Below are positions 11,495 through 19,754 of a stretch of 64,000 bases of DNA, one piece after another. The stretch covers positions 20,872 to 84,871 of the forward strand of contig CACLKH010000002.1 in assembly GCA_902607475.1 (NCBI GenBank), read 5' to 3'. The stretch comes from an uncultured Alphaproteobacteria bacterium (GTDB lineage: Bacteria; Pseudomonadota; Alphaproteobacteria; GCA-002720895). Under the pieces are notes generated by a model. It did no database searches and was not told where the DNA came from. It saw only the letters and a list, made by a program, of their open reading frames with translations. Position numbers and translations under genes: made by a program. Each line of letters begins with the position of its first letter. The stretch's first letter is position 1.

Positions 11495-12211
11495 TTATTT
11501 TTTAAATAAGAAAACTCTTCTAAAATAAAGTTCTATTAATTTAAAAAAACTATAAATAATTTGTAACTTTGGTATTTTAGAATCACCTTTAAATCTATCC
11601 TTAAAATGAATTGGAATCTCACAGCACTTTAATCCTGAATAATAAATGTAAAAGAAAAATTCAATTTGAGAAGAATAATCTTCTGTATTAAATTTAGATT
11701 TACATAATGTTTTTAAACATTTTTTATTATATATTCTATATGATGTTGTAAATTCATAAAATGGCATTTTTAGAAAAAGATTACATAATTTATTAGCTGA
11801 TCTACTTAAAAAATTTCTTATACCTTTGTATTCAGATTTTCCTCCTTTTATATATCTTGAACCAATTATAAAATCATTTCTTTTCAATTTATTTATAAAT
11901 AAAGGAATTTTTTCTGGATCATGCGACAAATCTGCATCCAAAGTAATTATAGCAATATAATTATTTTTTAAGGCAAAATTAAAACCAGTCCTTAATGCAG
12001 AACCAATTCCCATTTTTTCTTTTCTTTTAATAAGAAATAAATTTTTGTATTTCAATTTTAAACGTTTTACAACTCCCGATGTATCATCTGGAGAGTTATC
12101 ATCAATAATAAGTAAATCAATTTTTTTTTTAGTTTTAAAAACTTTTTTACATAGAATTTCTATATTCTCACGTTCATTATAGGTAGGTGCACAAACCAGA
12201 ATTTTTTTCAT
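11495..12211 (-). CDS. Family 2 glycosyltransferase, polyprenyl-phosphate sugar synthase type (Dpm1/ArnC-like)
   Basis: CAPTYNERENI, IIDDNSPDDT, GIGSALRTG and LDADLSHDP motifs. Confidence 0.85.
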   Translation of the reverse strand: MKKILVCAPTYNERENIEILCKKVFKTKKKIDLLIIDDNSPDDTSGVVKRLKLKYKNLFLIKRKEKMGIGSALRTGFNFALKNNYIAIITLDADLSHDPEKIPLFINKLKRNDFIIGSRYIKGGKSEYKGIRNFLSRSANKLCNLFLKMPFYEFTTSYRIYNKKCLKTLCKSKFNTEDYSSQIEFFFYIYYSGLKCCEIPIHFKDRFKGDSKIPKLQIIYSFFKLIELYFRRVFLFKK

Positions 12212-12275
12212 GTTATAATATTTTTTTACTGTTTAAGTATACTTTAAAATTAGCGTTTAATTTCAAAGCTAAACA

Positions 12276-13214
12276 TTAAATTATTTTTTTTTTATAATAA
12301 TCTGCAAGTTCATACATTTTTAAACATTTTCTTTTAGATTCCGATATCATTTCAAAAACTTTTTTTAAATTTTTTATTTTTTCATCTAAAGGAATATTAA
12401 ATCTTTGAAGATAATTTTTATGTTTAAATGATATGTCTTGATTTGATGTGAAATCTGCTGGGTGAAAAAGAAGGTAAAAATACTTATTATTATTTAAAAA
12501 GTTTTTCAATGATTTAAAAAAAAATTTCCATCCAAATACAAATCCCACTGTATACCATAATGGAATATGCAACTTTGATTTAGTAGGTAAAGGCATTATT
12601 AAAATTTGTTTATCTTTGTTTTTAGTATTTTTTTTTAGTGACTTATTTACAAAAAAAGGTTTTGTTGATAATAAAAAATGATGAATCCAATCTTTTCTAT
12701 CAATCATTCTTAAAAATCTTTCAGACCCTATATGATTGAAAGCATTTACAATATAAAATAAAAATAGGCCAAATGATGGAAATATAGAGTGATCATAAGC
12801 ATAATTTAGATCAATTAGTTTACTTATAATTTTTTTTGATATATTCCAACTTGGAGAAATAAATCCCTTCGGTTCTTTTTTAGTACATTTGTATATAATT
12901 TCATGTGTTTTAAATATTTCTTCATTAATTTTATTAACATTTAAAGAACCTAAATTATGAAGATGCGACCAAGAATGGTTCCCAATTTCATGACCAGCAC
13001 TTGACCAATCTCTAACTCTAGAAAAAATTTCTTTATTTTTTAAATCTTTTCCAATTACAAAAATAGAAATTTTAATATTATGTTTATTTATTACATCTAT
13101 AACTCTATCGAAACCTTTAAAATAACTTGGATCTTTAAATTTTTTTGGAAAACCAAGAGACTCATTTATACTATCAAAATTAAGAGATATGGATATTGGT
13201 TCTATTTTTGTCAC
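12276..13214 (-). CDS. Polysaccharide deacetylase (NodB-homology) family protein, ArnD-like candidate
   Basis: SLNFDS.. N-terminus and a GHEIGNHSWSH metal-binding motif. Confidence 0.75.
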   Translation of the reverse strand: MTKIEPISISLNFDSINESLGFPKKFKDPSYFKGFDRVIDVINKHNIKISIFVIGKDLKNKEIFSRVRDWSSAGHEIGNHSWSHLHNLGSLNVNKINEEIFKTHEIIYKCTKKEPKGFISPSWNISKKIISKLIDLNYAYDHSIFPSFGLFLFYIVNAFNHIGSERFLRMIDRKDWIHHFLLSTKPFFVNKSLKKNTKNKDKQILIMPLPTKSKLHIPLWYTVGFVFGWKFFFKSLKNFLNNNKYFYLLFHPADFTSNQDISFKHKNYLQRFNIPLDEKIKNLKKVFEMISESKRKCLKMYELADYYKKKII

Positions 13215-14038
13215 TTATTAAAGTATAAAGCATTTACAAAATCTCTTAACAAAATTATTTTTCCATTTTTTTTTTTAAAAGTAATAAAATCCTTTTTTTT
13301 TGGTATCGAATTATAACTTGAAACAATTTTTTTTTTAAAACAATTTTTTTTATTAATTTTATATATTATTTTAAGTGATTGATAAATATCAAAAGGATAT
13401 TGATTAAAAATTTTTAGATAAAAACCTATCATCGAGATATTTTTTTTTATTTCTCTTTGTAATAACATTTTCCCTGTATCTATCTTTTCTGAAATAACAT
13501 GGTAAGTAACACCTTGCTCCTTATCATTAATTGTGTTCCAAAAAAAAGGCAATATACCTCTGCCATTCGGTAGAATGCTTGCGTGTTTATTAATTATACC
13601 TTTTTTAACACTTCTAATTAATTTTTTTTTTAATATATCCTGTGTTGTTATTAATAAAATATCTATTTTTTTTTCTTTAATCCATTTAATAAAATTTTTT
13701 TGTTCACAATTTTTTATATAAAAAAAAGGTATATTATTTTTTTTACTTAAATCTTCGAAAGAAGATGGGAACTTTCTGATTTGTCTTATTATTTTTGATA
13801 ATAAAGTAAATGTTGTAAGTAAAAAAAAATTTTTTATCCCAAATGTTTTTAAATACCACAAATATAATTTTTTAGGTTTCAAACCAGCCATTTCTTTTCT
13901 AGATATAAAAATGCCTTTCAAAAAAATATTTTTTTTTTTAAATAATTTTATTGTTTTAGCCCATGTTGGCAGTAAAAAAGTTTGGTCATTACTTGTAATA
14001 ACAGCTATGTTAATATTTTGTAATTTTTCTAATTTCAT
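13211..14038 (-). CDS. Formyltransferase-family protein (Fmt / ArnA N-terminal-like)
   Basis: INKHASILPNGRGILPFFW and GVTYHVISEKIDTGKML match the formyl-transferase core (HxSLLPxxRG, D..G). Confidence 0.65.
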   Translation of the reverse strand: MKLEKLQNINIAVITSNDQTFLLPTWAKTIKLFKKKNIFLKGIFISRKEMAGLKPKKLYLWYLKTFGIKNFFLLTTFTLLSKIIRQIRKFPSSFEDLSKKNNIPFFYIKNCEQKNFIKWIKEKKIDILLITTQDILKKKLIRSVKKGIINKHASILPNGRGILPFFWNTINDKEQGVTYHVISEKIDTGKMLLQREIKKNISMIGFYLKIFNQYPFDIYQSLKIIYKINKKNCFKKKIVSSYNSIPKKKDFITFKKKNGKIILLRDFVNALYFNK

Positions 14039-14048
14039 TGCTACTTAC

Positions 14049-15272
14049 CTATTTGAAAATTCTTTGTTTTTTATAATCAAGATAAAAAATTGAAATAAGG
14101 ATTATGCTTGCTGTTAAAAATAACATATATTTATCATGAATGGCAAATGTTGAGAAAATTAATATATATTTAAAAATTTTACTAGCTTTTTTAAAAATAA
14201 ATTTCCAGTTTAAATTAAATAATAAATAATAAATTGAAGGAATTAAAAGAAATCCCTCGTAATCTTTCAATAAAGGATAACAAATTGTAATTATTAAAAT
14301 ACTTATTGATAAAATTTGTTTTTTTGAAATTTTATTATTTTTAAAAAGAATAATAAATATTGATAATAGAAATAAACCACATATTAAAAACCATAAGAAT
14401 TGTAAAAATATTATGTTTTCCTCAAATATTCTAAAAGTAAAAAATTCTGAAAAACCTTTTAATATTGAATAAAAACCAAAACCACCTCCATATAAATTAA
14501 AGAACTCAGGTGATCTCAAATAAGTTAAATGATTTAGAAAGTCAATAAAAATTACGGGGTTATTAAAATAAGAAAATAGATAAAAAGTTAATATTGTACA
14601 TAGAGATATAAATGTATAATTTAAAAATTTTTTTCTTTCGATTAAAAATAATAAAATTAAAAATATTAAATACGTAATTTTAAACAAACACATTACAGTT
14701 AATATTATAAAAACTGGACGCATATTTTTTTTTTCAATGGCGTAATATAAAGATATTCCTAATAAAGAATATAAAATTATAGTAATGTTACCAGTTAGTA
14801 GACCTGTAAAATTTAAACCTCCAAATGAAAAAAAAAAAATTAAAAGAAAAAAAAAAATATTTTTATTTTTAAAAAATATTTCTTTTATTAAAGTTAAATT
14901 TAAAAACAATATAGGAAATATAATTAAGCCCCATAATATAGTAGACCACAATTGTGTGAAATTAGTAAATATTGAAAACATACTAAGTGTAAAAGGAGGG
15001 TAAAAATATTCTAAAGCATTAGGATAACTATTTAAGCATTCTGATAATGCATTTGGTTTATAAGGATTTATATCATTCAAGTAAGTAATAGCGCCGCATC
15101 TGTAGACTATAAAATCTCCAAAAATTGTTCTTCCACCAATTATTACTTTTTCAAAAAAATTTAAAATTATATTAAAAAAAGAAATAAAAAGTGGGGAATA
15201 AAGTAATAAATTTTTAAGCGTACTATTACTAATAAAAGATTTTACATGTTTTATATAATTTTTGTAATACAA
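14049..15272 (-). CDS. Polytopic membrane protein, GT87/DUF2029-like putative GT-C glycosyltransferase
   Basis: 407 aa, highly hydrophobic. N-terminal loop GDFIVYRCGAITYLNDINPY resembles the GT87 loop. Paralog of 48241..49518 (GGLNFTGLLTGNITI vs GGILFKALTTGNISN). Confidence 0.5.
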   Translation of the reverse strand: MYYKNYIKHVKSFISNSTLKNLLLYSPLFISFFNIILNFFEKVIIGGRTIFGDFIVYRCGAITYLNDINPYKPNALSECLNSYPNALEYFYPPFTLSMFSIFTNFTQLWSTILWGLIIFPILFLNLTLIKEIFFKNKNIFFFLLIFFFSFGGLNFTGLLTGNITIILYSLLGISLYYAIEKKNMRPVFIILTVMCLFKITYLIFLILLFLIERKKFLNYTFISLCTILTFYLFSYFNNPVIFIDFLNHLTYLRSPEFFNLYGGGFGFYSILKGFSEFFTFRIFEENIIFLQFLWFLICGLFLLSIFIILFKNNKISKKQILSISILIITICYPLLKDYEGFLLIPSIYYLLFNLNWKFIFKKASKIFKYILIFSTFAIHDKYMLFLTASIILISIFYLDYKKQRIFK

Positions 15273-15332
15273 TCTTTTGAATAATTTAAATATAAAATTT
15301 ATAGATTATTGATAAATTTATTATAAAACCTT

Positions 15333-16460
15333 ATGAAAAATTTTAAAAGTAAAACAATTTGTATTATAATTGGGACTAGACCTGAACTCATAAAGCAAAT
15401 TCCCATTTATAATCAATGTGTAAAAAGAATTGGTAGAAAGAATGTTTTATTAATAAATTCTGGACAACATAAAAAGTTTTTAAATTTTTATATAAAAGAA
15501 AAAAAAATAAAATTTGATATAACAATAAGAAATAATGAATCTTCTAAATCTTTAAAAGAAAATTTAATAAATTCAATTGATATTTTTTATAAAATTTTTA
15601 AAAAAATTAAACCAAAAATTGTTCTAGTACAAGGAGATACAACAACTGCTGTTGGTTGTGCATATGCAGCATTTTTAAATGATTCAATTATTGCACATAA
15701 TGAGGCTGGTTTAAGAACTTATGATAACATGAATCCTTACCCAGAAGAATTAAATAGAAAATTTATATCATCTGTAAGTAGCTTGCATTTTGCGCCTACC
15801 AGATTAAATATGATGAATCTCGTTAAAGAAGGAGTTGATAAAAAAAAGATTTTTATTGTTGGCAATCCAGGTATCGATAGTTTTTTTTCATTTTTAAAAA
15901 GAAAAAATGATAACACTGCAAGGAAAATAATACAATATGCTCAAGAAAATTTAAAAAAAATAGTTTTGTTAACTGCTCATAGACGTGAAGCCAGAGGAAA
16001 AAATTTAGATAAATGTTTTAAAACGTTAAAAATATTTTTTAAAAAGAATAAAGATTTACTTTTAGTATGTCCAGAACACCCAAATAAATTTGCATCAGAC
16101 AGTATAAATAAATATTTAAAAAAATTAGAGAATTTTTATTTAACAAAACCATTAAGTTATTTAAGCACATGTAAACTTATATTAAATTCTTTATTTGTTG
16201 TAACAGATTCAGGAGGCATACAGGAAGAGTGCTCTACCATTGGCGTGCCTGTTGTAATATGTAGAAAAAGAACAGAAAGACAAGAAGTTTTAAAATTAAA
16301 AATAGGAAAATTAACAGGTTTTAAATCTGCAGATATATTAAATGCTTTGTGTTGGGCAAAGAAAAAAGGAGTTAATTTAAAGTCATGGGAATTCCGTCCA
16401 TACGGAAATGGAAAAGCTTCAATAGAAATTGTAAATATTATTAAAAAAAAATTAGTTTAA
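15333..16460 (+). CDS. wecB: UDP-N-acetylglucosamine 2-epimerase (non-hydrolysing)
   Basis: GTRPELIK, VQGDTTT, HNEAGLRT, PEELNR and DSGGIQEE motifs. Confidence 0.9.
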   Translation: MKNFKSKTICIIIGTRPELIKQIPIYNQCVKRIGRKNVLLINSGQHKKFLNFYIKEKKIKFDITIRNNESSKSLKENLINSIDIFYKIFKKIKPKIVLVQGDTTTAVGCAYAAFLNDSIIAHNEAGLRTYDNMNPYPEELNRKFISSVSSLHFAPTRLNMMNLVKEGVDKKKIFIVGNPGIDSFFSFLKRKNDNTARKIIQYAQENLKKIVLLTAHRREARGKNLDKCFKTLKIFFKKNKDLLLVCPEHPNKFASDSINKYLKKLENFYLTKPLSYLSTCKLILNSLFVVTDSGGIQEECSTIGVPVVICRKRTERQEVLKLKIGKLTGFKSADILNALCWAKKKGVNLKSWEFRPYGNGKASIEIVNIIKKKLV

Positions 16461-17449
16461 AAATTTTTATATATTTTTTTCGAATTCAAATTAAATCCTA
16501 GAATTTTAATTAAAGTGCCTATGCCAGGTACGATATTACCAATTAAAATAGCAAAAAAAGTTCCAAGAAATAACAGAGGGTTTCTTGATATTTTTGCACT
16601 TTCGAAAAAAACGATAGCTAAATAAAATATTAATATATTGGTATATATTTTTCCCCATATAGGATAAAAAAATGCTATTGGAAAGGATAACAAGAAAACT
16701 AAAAAAAATAAAAAAATCAATGATAAAAAATAAAAAAAATTTTTCTTAATTTTTAATAGATTAATTACCCCTTCACCATAAACTAGTCTTTGTCTAAAAA
16801 AATTTTTTAAGTCTCTACTTTTATGGAAAATTCTTACGTTTGGAGAATATAAAATTTTTTTTCCATTTTTTCTTAGTCTTTCACCAAAATCCCAATCTTC
16901 ACCAGTAACTAAATTAGCATTCATCCCACCTACTTTTTTATATGTTTTTTTTTTTAATATTAAATTACAAGTAGGTAAATAGTTACAATATTTTTCTTTT
17001 TTTAAATTTTTTCGAAAGTTTAATACGGTTACTAAAAAACTTCTTCCAGCATTAGAAACACATTTTTCGATATAACTTTGTGAAGGAAAATCTAGTTCGG
17101 TTCCTCCAACAGCTTCAATATTTTTTTCTTTTAATAATTTTATACCATTTTCTAACCAATCTTTACTTGGATAAGCATCACTATCAAGGAAAGCTATAAA
17201 ACTGGTTTTTGTTAAATTTACTGCAATGTTCCTTTTTTCTCCAATTGAAATTGATCCCGTAGATACTAATTTTGTATTTTTTCTTTGTAATAATGATTTT
17301 TTTTTATCTAAATAATCTAAAACTATAATTATAGGAGTATCAGGATACTTTTTTTTACAAACATCCACACAATTAATTAAATTTTTTTCTATTATTTTTG
17401 CTGGTATAATTATTGTTATATCTTTGAGATTTATTTTTTTTTTTACCAC
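16457..17449 (-). CDS. Family 2 glycosyltransferase with a C-terminal multi-helix membrane anchor
   Basis: IIIPA.. start, FLDSDAYP (DxD) and GEDWDFGERL, then about 4 hydrophobic helices. 7-nt overlap with the upstream radical SAM gene. Confidence 0.8.
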   Translation of the reverse strand: MVKKKINLKDITIIIPAKIIEKNLINCVDVCKKKYPDTPIIIVLDYLDKKKSLLQRKNTKLVSTGSISIGEKRNIAVNLTKTSFIAFLDSDAYPSKDWLENGIKLLKEKNIEAVGGTELDFPSQSYIEKCVSNAGRSFLVTVLNFRKNLKKEKYCNYLPTCNLILKKKTYKKVGGMNANLVTGEDWDFGERLRKNGKKILYSPNVRIFHKSRDLKNFFRQRLVYGEGVINLLKIKKNFFYFLSLIFLFFLVFLLSFPIAFFYPIWGKIYTNILIFYLAIVFFESAKISRNPLLFLGTFFAILIGNIVPGIGTLIKILGFNLNSKKIYKNF

Positions 17450-18534
17450 GATTTCCCAAAAACTGATTCAATTAATTCTGGTTGATATTTAATATTTCCT
17501 AAAATATTTAAAGACCATGCGCAATCATAAGTACAATGACAATTAGTTTTTTTTATCCAATTTTTTACATCTAGAGTTTTTTTATTATGCCAGAGAGATA
17601 AAAAATCATAATTAAAATCTCTTATGTTACCTAGTGGTTTGTCTAAAATTTCACATGGGTAAATTGTTCCTTCTGATCCAATTATTCCAAATAATGATCC
17701 TGCATGGCAAGTGCTTGCAAAATAAGGTTTTAAATACTGTTTTTTCATTATTTTATAAAGCATAAAATTTTTTTTATTAATAATCCTACCTTCCAATGTA
17801 TTTGAATTATAATTTTTTAAATTGTTATTTTTATAATCTTCCAAAATTTTATTTGTTAGATATGTATAAGCTTTTAATATTTTTCTCTTTTTATTTTTTG
17901 GTATTTTATATACGCCTTCATCTCTAACTATATTGGCAGTTATTGAATTTACTTTATAATCTTTTTTTAAAGTATCATAAAGTTTTGGAACATTTTTATA
18001 ATTTTCATGAGAACATGTAATTGCAACATTAACCATTATATTTCCAGATATATTTTTCAAAGATTGGTATGATTTCATTGCTTTTTCAAAAAGATTTGGA
18101 ATTTTTCTTATTTTTGCGTGTTGTTTAGGTAAATCATCAATTGATATAGAAATTAAAACTTTTTTTTTCGGAAATTCTTTACTAATTGATTTGGCAAATT
18201 TAACCATTCTTAAAGGCAAGCTACCATTTGAAGGCATAGTTATTGAATCGATATTTGTGTTTTTAAAGTAACACCTAGCAATGTCTAATATTTCTTTTCT
18301 TGCGAAAGGTTCACCGCCGGTTAAATTTACATTTGTTAGATTTGGACCAAGATTTTTTGTTATTTTATCAATTTCATTTACTGTTAATTCATTTTTAAAT
18401 GTTTTTGGATTATCAAAATCAATAAAACAAAACGAACATCTAGCATTGCATCTATTTGTAACAAAATGAACTAAACTAACAGGGTATTTGCGTGCAATTT
18501 GTAAGTTATATGCTAGTGATAATTTTTTTAACAT
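17443..18534 (-). CDS. Radical SAM protein with a SPASM/twitch-like Cys-rich C-terminal domain
   Basis: CNARCSFC (CxxxCxxC) and NLTGGEPF. C-terminal Cys pattern CHAG..PCEIL..CHCTYDC. Paralogous to the C-terminal half of 45324..47375. Confidence 0.85.
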   Translation of the reverse strand: MLKKLSLAYNLQIARKYPVSLVHFVTNRCNARCSFCFIDFDNPKTFKNELTVNEIDKITKNLGPNLTNVNLTGGEPFARKEILDIARCYFKNTNIDSITMPSNGSLPLRMVKFAKSISKEFPKKKVLISISIDDLPKQHAKIRKIPNLFEKAMKSYQSLKNISGNIMVNVAITCSHENYKNVPKLYDTLKKDYKVNSITANIVRDEGVYKIPKNKKRKILKAYTYLTNKILEDYKNNNLKNYNSNTLEGRIINKKNFMLYKIMKKQYLKPYFASTCHAGSLFGIIGSEGTIYPCEILDKPLGNIRDFNYDFLSLWHNKKTLDVKNWIKKTNCHCTYDCAWSLNILGNIKYQPELIESVFGKSW

Positions 18535-18546
18535 TATTTTATTAGT

Positions 18547-19293
18547 TTAATCAAAAATTCTTAGAATAATTAATTTTAAATAATTAAATATTGTTTTAAC
18601 TACATTCATTTTAGATGCTGTTGGTTTTTTTTTGTAATCTAAAATAATTGGAATTTCAAAAAAATTTATATTAGTTTTTCTAAGTTTTAAAAGAATCTCA
18701 AGTTGCATCTCAAAACCAGCAGCAGGTAAATATTTATTTCCAATAATAGAAAAAAAATTTTCTATTGTTTTTTTATCATACAACCTATAACCAGAAGTAA
18801 AATCTCTTATGCCTTTAGTCATAAAAAAAATATTAAAAATAATAAAAGCTGTTAAAGAAAGTAAGTTTCTTAAAAATGGAACGTTTTTCACAAGACTTCC
18901 TTTTTGAAACCTTGAAGCTATAACAACAAAGTTATCTTTTTTTTCTACCTTTCTAAGCATTGTTATAATTTGATTTGGATTGTGTGTGTTGTCACAATCC
19001 ATTAAAACAAGCTTATCATTACCAATACTTTTTTTTTTAAAAAATAAAATAAGTGTATATAAAGTGTTTCCAAGACCTTTATTTTTTTTATTATTAATGA
19101 TTTTTATATTTAATTTTTTTTGAAATTTTTTTGCATTTAAAAGTGTTTTATCTTTTGAACCATCATTTACAATAATAACTTTAATTTTATTAATTTTTTT
19201 TTTTAAACTAATTATAGATTCTAATACTTTTTTAATTGCTTTTTCTTCGTTAAATGCAGGTAACCCTATCCAAATCGTACAATTATTTAACAT
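18547..19293 (-). CDS. Family 2 glycosyltransferase (Dpm1-like)
   Basis: GLPAFNEEKAI, IVNDGSKDKT, NKGLGN and MDCDNTHNP motifs. Confidence 0.85.
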   Translation of the reverse strand: MLNNCTIWIGLPAFNEEKAIKKVLESIISLKKKINKIKVIIVNDGSKDKTLLNAKKFQKKLNIKIINNKKNKGLGNTLYTLILFFKKKSIGNDKLVLMDCDNTHNPNQIITMLRKVEKKDNFVVIASRFQKGSLVKNVPFLRNLLSLTAFIIFNIFFMTKGIRDFTSGYRLYDKKTIENFFSIIGNKYLPAAGFEMQLEILLKLRKTNINFFEIPIILDYKKKPTASKMNVVKTIFNYLKLIILRIFD

Positions 19294-19395
19294 AATTTAT
19301 TGAATTATATATTTAAAATTCCTTATTTACTAAATAAAGTTTATTTTAAATTTTTTATTTTTATTATAATGTAATCTATTTTTTTTTTAAAAATT

Positions 19396-19484
19396 GCCCT
19401 CCTGGCGGAATTGGTAGACGCACAGGACTTAAAATCCTGAGGATCGCAAGATCCGTCCCGGTTCAAGTCCGGGGGAGGGCACCA
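19396..19484 (+). tRNA. tRNA-Leu (anticodon UAA), type II with a long variable arm and encoded CCA
   Basis: Acceptor stem GCCCTCC/GGAGGGC. Anticodon stem CAGGA/TCCTG with loop CT-TAA-AA. T-arm CCCGG-TTCAAGT-CCGGG. Ends in ACCA. It is a GC-rich patch in AT-rich surroundings. Confidence 0.93.
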
Positions 19485-19490
19485 CATTTT

Positions 19491-19754
19491 ATGATAGATT
19501 CAGTTAATTTTTTTGGTTTATTAGGAGGTTTTTTAACTACCATAGCATTTGTTCCACAAGTAATTAAATCTTGGCGTGCTAAAAGCGTTAAAGATTTATC
19601 TTTTTTGTGGTTAATAATTTTTAATTCCGGAGTTACTTTTTGGTTAATTTATGGTTTTTTAAAAAGTGACATTGCAATAATTTTAGCTAATTCTATAACG
19701 CTTATTTTAGCTAGCTCTCTTTTATTCATGAAAATAAAAGAATATTATAGCTAA
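19491..19754 (+). CDS. SemiSWEET / PQ-loop family small membrane transporter
   Basis: 87 aa with three predicted helices and a PQ motif (FVPQVIKSW) in helix 1. Confidence 0.7.
   Translation: MIDSVNFFGLLGGFLTTIAFVPQVIKSWRAKSVKDLSFLWLIIFNSGVTFWLIYGFLKSDIAIILANSITLILASSLLFMKIKEYYS

Noticed and set aside
19294-19484. tRNA-Leu as the attachment site of a classical integrative genomic island or prophage.
   Set aside because: No integrase, excisionase, transposase or phage gene occurs anywhere in the window. I found no second copy of the GC-rich tRNA 3' segment at the opposite island border.
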